A stretch of DNA of 32,000 nt from the sequence record OZ374642.1; one strand, given 5' to 3'. How positions within the stretch are numbered: position 1 is the stretch's first letter; every line of letters begins with the position of its first letter. Below are positions 26,442 to 32,000 of the stretch, piece by piece. The notes under the pieces were generated by a model. It did no database searches. It had not been told where the DNA came from and worked only from the letters and a program-made list of their open reading frames with translations. The position numbers and the translations under genes are program-made.

Positions 26442-27215
26442 ATGAATAACAGTCTTTTTGTGCCCCTAATATCTTCACCTTTGGACCAATTTGCAATTAA
26501 TTGCCTAATTCCTTTTAGACTTGGTCCTTTTGATATTAGTTTCACTAACTCTTCTCTATTTTTAATTACAGGTACAGGACTTGTAAGTATCCTTATCTGG
26601 TTTGCTACAGTTAAAGGTGGACGCCTTGTTCCTTCTATCTGGCAATCTATCGTTGAAATGACTTATGATTTCATCTACGATATGGTACAAAACCAGGTAG
26701 GACCAAGAGGAAGACCTTATTTCCCATTTATTTTCGCTATCTTTGTTTTCATTCTTTCAGCGAACTTAATCGGTATGATCCCTTATAGTTTCACTTCAAC
26801 AAGTCACATGGTAGTTACTTTTGGACTATCTGTTTCTATCTTCATTGGAGTTACACTTATTGGGATCCTTACACACGGTCTTCACTTCCTTAGTTTCTTC
26901 CTGCCAGCCGGTGCTCCTTTAGCTCTAGCTCCTCTACTTGTAGTTCTTGAAGTTGTTTCGTACTCTTTCAGAGCTATCAGTTTAGGTGTTCGTTTATTCG
27001 CTAACATGATGGCCGGACACACACTTGTGAAAATCCTAAGTGGTTTCGCATGGACTATGCTTTCAGTTGGGGGGATCCTTGCTGTTGGTGCTCTAGGACC
27101 TTTCCTAGTTGTCTTCGCGCTTACAGGTCTTGAGCTTGGCGTTGCCAGTCTTCAGGCTTATGTATTTACAATCCTTACTTGTATTTATCTTAACGATGCA
27201 ATTCACCTACACTAA
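26442..27215 (+). CDS. atp6: F0 ATP synthase subunit a
   Basis: 257-aa ORF with SPLDQF, SANLIGMIPYSFTSTSH, and RAISLGVRLFANMMAGHTLVKIL (essential Arg motif). Confidence 0.97.
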   Translation: MNNSLFVPLISSPLDQFAINCLIPFRLGPFDISFTNSSLFLITGTGLVSILIWFATVKGGRLVPSIWQSIVEMTYDFIYDMVQNQVGPRGRPYFPFIFAIFVFILSANLIGMIPYSFTSTSHMVVTFGLSVSIFIGVTLIGILTHGLHFLSFFLPAGAPLALAPLLVVLEVVSYSFRAISLGVRLFANMMAGHTLVKILSGFAWTMLSVGGILAVGALGPFLVVFALTGLELGVASLQAYVFTILTCIYLNDAIHLH

Positions 27216-27271
27216 GTGCTAAATGAAGTGCAAAATCATGTTCTGGTAAACACCCTTAGTAGAGAAAGAGG

Positions 27272-27303
27272 CCTTTGTGAATAAGTTTTATCTTATTCAA
27301 AGG
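27272..27303. repeat. long family B-type hairpin CCTTTGTGAATAAG-TTTT-ATCTTATTCAAAGG
   Basis: Imperfect 12-13-bp stem, 56 nt after the atp6 stop. Confidence 0.8.
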
Positions 27304-27331
27304 ATTATCTCCCTTATGGGGAGGTATCCTT

Positions 27332-27405
27332 GTGCCTGTAGCTCAATTGGATAGAGTATCAAACTACGGATTTGAAAGTTGAGAGTTCGAGTCTTTCCAG
27401 GCATG
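27332..27405 (+). tRNA. trnR(acg): tRNA-Arg (anticodon ACG)
   Basis: Acceptor GTGCCTG/CAGGCAT, D arm GCTC-AATTGGATA-GAGT, anticodon arm TCAAA-CTACGGA-TTTGA, T arm GAGAG-TTCGAGT-CTTTC. 74 nt. Confidence 0.92.
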
Positions 27406-27480
27406 AATTATACCAAAGGTATAAATCTTTCTAGTAATGGGGGCTAGAAATGAGACCTTTAATTTTTTACAATCTCATTC

Positions 27481-27514
27481 GTACTCCGTATAAGATTTAT
27501 CTTATATGAGGTAC
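27481..27514. repeat. nested hairpin: outer GTAC...GTAC around family B core TAAGATTTATCTTA (27491-27504)
   Basis: GTACTCCGTATAAGATTTATCTTATATGAGGTAC, read directly. Confidence 0.85.
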
Positions 27515-27522
27515 ATTCTATC

Positions 27523-27583
27523 ATGGATACCTAAAAGTTGGATTTATTTCAATGAGTTGGATTTATTTCAATTACGTATCCAT
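27523..27583 (+). repeat. outer stem ATGGATAC/GTATCCAT enclosing a 19-nt tandem duplication of a family A variant (TTGGATTTATTTCAA x2 at 27538 and 27557)
   Basis: AGTTGGATTTATTTCAATG followed by AGTTGGATTTATTTCAATT. The second copy is followed by TACGT. Confidence 0.85.
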
Positions 27584-27591
27584 TTCCCCCA

Positions 27592-27665
27592 GGGCACGTA
27601 GCTCAGTTGGTTAGAGCGTTCGCCCGATAAGCGAAAGGTCGGCAGTTCGAGTCTGCCAGTGCCCA
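27592..27665 (+). tRNA. trnI(gau): tRNA-Ile (anticodon GAU)
   Basis: Acceptor GGGCACG/AGTGCCC (7:66 mismatch), D arm GCTC-AGTTGGTTA-GAGC, anticodon arm TTCGC-CCGATAA-GCGAA, T arm GGCAG-TTCGAGT-CTGCC. 74 nt. Confidence 0.92.
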
Positions 27666-27907
27666 ATTTAATATGTTCCTTTGTCAAATGTCCTCTATAA
27701 CCCTACTAGAAGGCCCCTCTACGGGGTTTTAGGTTTAAAATAGGGTTAGGACAAGCGAAACCAAGAAAAAGGCCCATATATTTGAATTATTATAAGAGGG
27801 GATAAGTTCCCCTTAAAAGTTCTCTTAAATACCGGTTTACATATGCTGGGAAGAAAAGAGAAAATAAAACCCTTTAGGTACTGATAAGATTGGGAGACAA
27901 AAGGGTA

Positions 27908-29404
<1,497 letters not shown>

Positions 29405-29430
29405 TTTTTATTTTTATTAACGAGAATAAG

Positions 29431-29445
29431 TTGGATTTATTCCAA
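29431..29445 (+). repeat. family A hairpin element TTGGATTTATTCCAA
   Basis: About 27 nt after the rns 3' end and 25 nt before the rpl16 ATG. Confidence 0.9.
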
Positions 29446-29470
29446 TTAACCATTTATCTCATATTTTATT

Positions 29471-29926
29471 ATGCTTGCTCCTAAGAAAACAAAGTTTCGT
29501 AAGTTTCATAGAAGGCTTAATTTCACTTTCATTAAGAAAAAAGGTCCTAGAAACAGAGAAATCATTTCTAAATCTACTCTTACAGCAAAAACCGATCTAA
29601 ACTTCGGGTTCTGTGGGATTAAAGCTCTTCAACCTGCAAAATTACACGCTAGGTGTATCGAAGCTGCAAGACGTGCAATGACCAGACACTTAAAACGATC
29701 TGGTAAAATATGGATCCGTGTTTTCCCTTCTGTAAGTATTTCTGCTAAACCAAATGAAATACGTATGGGAAAAGGAAAAGGACCACACTCACATTGGGCT
29801 GCTCTTGTACGTCCAGGCCAAGTTCTATTCGAAATTGATCGAGTAGGCCTTGAGGACGCGAAACAAGCTTGTGCTTTAGCTGCTGCAAAATTACCATTTA
29901 AAACTGCCTTTATTCAGAAAAAATGA
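29471..29926 (+). CDS. rpl16: ribosomal protein L16
   Basis: 151-aa ORF with [37 protein letters not shown] and [12 protein letters not shown]. It has the only TGA stop in the window, overlapping the rpl14 ATG (ATGA). Confidence 0.95.
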   Translation: MLAPKKTKFRKFHRRLNFTFIKKKGPRNREIISKSTLTAKTDLNFGFCGIKALQPAKLHARCIEAARRAMTRHLKRSGKIWIRVFPSVSISAKPNEIRMGKGKGPHSHWAALVRPGQVLFEIDRVGLEDAKQACALAAAKLPFKTAFIQKK

Positions 29927-30285
29927 AAACCCATGGTACTTTCTTTGAAGCCGGCGACAATTCCGGCGCTAAAAAGCTTTTTTGTATCGGACAACCTAGA
30001 TCTAAATTAAAGATTGGAGATATGATTTCCGTTTCTGTCAAAGAAGCTTTACCAAGTCACAGATCCCGTGTAAAAAAAGGTAAAGTTTATAAAGCTGTTA
30101 TTGTAGAACTTAAGCAAAAAAGCAAACGATTTACACACTTAAATCGTTCTTTCGGGAGAAATCTTGTAGTTCTTGTTAATGCTAAAGGAGATCCTATTGG
30201 CACACGAGTAAGTTCATTGGCTTCTTATGAGCTTCGAGCCGCAGGTCATGCAAAAATAGCTTCTATATCTCCTTACCTTTTCTAA
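29923..30285 (+). CDS. rpl14: ribosomal protein L14
   Basis: 120-aa ORF with [28 protein letters not shown] and [12 protein letters not shown]. Follows rpl16 as in the bacterial S10-spc cluster. Confidence 0.9.
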   Translation: MKTHGTFFEAGDNSGAKKLFCIGQPRSKLKIGDMISVSVKEALPSHRSRVKKGKVYKAVIVELKQKSKRFTHLNRSFGRNLVVLVNAKGDPIGTRVSSLASYELRAAGHAKIASISPYLF

Positions 30286-30298
30286 AAGAAAATAAATA

Positions 30299-30312
30299 TT
30301 GGACTTTATTCC
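30299..30312 (+). repeat. degenerate family A/D element TTGGACTTTATTCC
   Basis: 13 nt after the rpl14 stop. Only part of the stem is retained. Confidence 0.6.
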
Positions 30313-30347
30313 TTATTTATTCATATTATTAAAATTTTTAACTTATC

Positions 30348-30893
30348 ATGTATCACTTAAGTTTAAAATCACTTGATTTTGTATCCAAAAACAAAAATTC
30401 TGGAAATACATACGATATTTCTCCTTCTGGTCTAGATTCTTTACCAAAATTAGACAAAGTAATAGTCAGAGCGAATGTACGTGTACCAGAATCTTTACCT
30501 AACCTTTTCCTGGCATTATTGACAATAACAGGACAGACTCCTAAAACAAACTATGCAAAAAGGCCTTTGGCTGGATTTAAACTTAAGAAAGACCAGCCTT
30601 TAGGTCTTCAATTGACTTTAAGGCGTGATAAGATGAATTCTTTCTTAAAAAACCTTATTTTTATTGTTTTACCTAAATTTGTTGACTTTTCTGGGGTGCC
30701 TACAAAGAATTTAGATTCTCAGGGAAATATTCATTTTGGTTCAACTCAATTTTTCCTTTGGCCTCAATGTGAAATTTCGTATGAAATCTTTAGAAGGCCT
30801 AGTGGGTTCCATACCACACTAATTTCAAAAGGAAATCCTAAGAAAAAATCCCTTCTCTATTCTTATATAGGACTGCCCCTAAATAAAGATTAA
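30348..30893 (+). CDS. rpl5: ribosomal protein L5
   Basis: 181-aa ORF with LPKLDKVIVRANV, ITGQTPKTNYAKRPLAGFKLKKDQPLGLQLTLRRDKMNSFLKNLI and DSQGNIHFG. Position between rpl14 and rps14. Confidence 0.9.
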   Translation: MYHLSLKSLDFVSKNKNSGNTYDISPSGLDSLPKLDKVIVRANVRVPESLPNLFLALLTITGQTPKTNYAKRPLAGFKLKKDQPLGLQLTLRRDKMNSFLKNLIFIVLPKFVDFSGVPTKNLDSQGNIHFGSTQFFLWPQCEISYEIFRRPSGFHTTLISKGNPKKKSLLYSYIGLPLNKD

Positions 30894-30903
30894 AAAATAA
30901 ATA

Positions 30904-31203
30904 ATGAAAAAACGTATACATAAGGATATAAAACTAAGAAAGCTTTTTAAACGTTATGAAGTAAGGAGGCGCCTTCTTCTAGGTTTAATCCAAGATCTTT
31001 CAATTCCTTTAGAAAAAAGGTTAGAATTTGTATCACAACTTAACCGTCTTCCCAGAAATGCATCAAAAGTTAGAACACATAACAGATGTATTTTAACAGG
31101 AAGAAGTAAGAGTGTTTATAGGTTCTGTAAATTATCAAGATTAGGGCTTCGACAATTAGGGTCTGAAGGCTTAATTCCTGGTCTTTCTAAAAAATCATGG
31201 TAA
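30904..31203 (+). CDS. rps14: ribosomal protein S14
   Basis: 99-aa ORF with LPRNASKVRTHNRCILTGRSKSVYRFCKLSRLGLRQLGSEGLIPGLSKKSW. Confidence 0.94.
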   Translation: MKKRIHKDIKLRKLFKRYEVRRRLLLGLIQDLSIPLEKRLEFVSQLNRLPRNASKVRTHNRCILTGRSKSVYRFCKLSRLGLRQLGSEGLIPGLSKKSW

Positions 31204-31213
31204 TAAGAAAAAA

Positions 31214-31642
31214 ATGAACACCTACTCAAATTTCTATTCACGAGTTCAAAACGCTCAACGTGCTGGAGATGCTCTAGTTCAAATACCCTGGAGTCACAAA
31301 GTATGGAGATTAGCTATTTTTCTTAAACGCCTAAAATACATCGAAGACTTTGAAATCAATACCCCAGAAGAAACTCCTCTTCTAAAAGACCGTAAATACT
31401 TTGGTCGAAATTCCTTTAAAAAAGGATTCCCTAATATAACCCTTCATCTAATTCCAGGAGGCTTCTCTCACCTTCAACAAGTAAGTAAACCTAGCCGCAG
31501 AGTGATTAGAAAAGCTAAAGATATTAATATACATAGAAAACCTTATGGTTCTTTCATTGTATCAACTAATTCTGGCCTTCTTTCATGTCAAGAAGCTAAG
31601 GCAATGAACCTTGGGGGTGAACTTATGTGTGAAATCTATTAA
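31214..31642 (+). CDS. rps8: ribosomal protein S8
   Basis: 142-aa ORF with the S8-like C-terminus VSKPSRRV...SFIVSTNSGLLSCQEAKAMNLGGELMCEIY. Position after rps14. Confidence 0.88.
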   Translation: MNTYSNFYSRVQNAQRAGDALVQIPWSHKVWRLAIFLKRLKYIEDFEINTPEETPLLKDRKYFGRNSFKKGFPNITLHLIPGGFSHLQQVSKPSRRVIRKAKDINIHRKPYGSFIVSTNSGLLSCQEAKAMNLGGELMCEIY

Positions 31643-31663
31643 AATATACTAAAAAAGAAAACT

Positions 31664-31948
31664 ATGTCTCGTTCTGTTTGGAAAGGTCCCTTCGTAGACT
31701 TTGGATTACTTAGATCCGTAGTCAAAAGTCAAAGCGGTAAACCCTCAAAAGACCCTCTTAAAGTATATTCACGTAGATCTCTTATACTTCCTGAATTTGT
31801 CGGCTTAGAAGTTGAAATCCATAATGGTAGAGGGTTCCAATCAGTCCTTATAAAAGAGGAAATGATTGGCCACTATTTTGGAGAATTCGCTCCTACAAGA
31901 AAAATGTTTGTACCTAAAGAGAAGAAAAAGAATAAAGGTAAGAAATAA
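31664..31948 (+). CDS. rps19: ribosomal protein S19
   Basis: 94-aa ORF with MSRSVWKGPFVD, VYSRRSLILPEFVGLEVEIHNGRGF and MIGHYFGEFAPTRK. Confidence 0.95.
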   Translation: MSRSVWKGPFVDFGLLRSVVKSQSGKPSKDPLKVYSRRSLILPEFVGLEVEIHNGRGFQSVLIKEEMIGHYFGEFAPTRKMFVPKEKKKNKGKK

Positions 31949-31953
31949 TAAAA

Positions 31954-32000
31954 ATGGCTCAAAAGACCAACCCTATTAGCTTGCGTCTAAAAATTAATAG
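31954..32000 (+). CDS. rps3: ribosomal protein S3, first 15 codons only (continues beyond the window)
   Basis: An ATG 5 nt after the rps19 stop gives MAQKTNPISLRLKIN, matching the conserved S3 N-terminus (MGQK.NP...RLG). The rps19-rps3 order agrees. Confidence 0.7.
   Translation, partial: MAQKTNPISLRLKIN

Overview
This window is a contiguous 32-kb stretch of a gene-dense, ancestral-type mitochondrial genome, not a prokaryotic chromosome or phage. It reads with the standard genetic code: no conserved gene has an in-frame TGA, and Trp is TGG. Every gene I can identify is on the + strand. There are 30 protein genes: cox1 (3' part), nad7, rps10, tatC, rps2, rps4, nad10, rps13, cob, rps12, rps7, nad9, atp1, nad3, orf233, rps11, nad5, nad4, nad2, nad6, cox2, cox3, atp6, rpl16, rpl14, rpl5, rps14, rps8, rps19 and rps3 (5' end). 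There are also 15 tRNAs, the small-subunit rRNA and the large-subunit rRNA. The large-subunit rRNA is split at E. coli position 1931 by a 646-nt group I intron carrying a single-motif LAGLIDADG ORF. As far as I can recall comparison sequences, COB, COX1 and ATP1 look most like green-lineage (prasinophyte/streptophyte-type) mitochondrial proteins. The presence of nad10, tatC, atp1 and many ribosomal-protein genes fits that, but the species cannot be named from the sequence alone. I see no CRISPR array, defence island or other novel multi-gene system, and I could not recognise a 5S rRNA or rnpB gene. Four things are unusual. (1) Almost every spacer longer than about 30 nt holds short hairpin or palindromic repeats from a few families (TTGGATTTATTCCAA, TAAGATTTATCTTA, GTACTCGCTACTCTC, GGACTTTAAGTCC). 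They occur in both orientations, often nested, and usually just downstream of gene ends. (2) One such element sits inside an expansion of helix 44 of the SSU rRNA, about 70 nt longer than in E. coli. (3) There is lineage-specific coding sequence: a free-standing orf233, an N-terminal extension of about 85 aa on cob, and one of about 230 aa on rps11. (4) The last 15 nt of rps4, including its stop codon, lie inside trnI(CAU). Coordinates of tRNAs, repeats and the intron were counted by hand from the printed sequence. rRNA ends are approximate.
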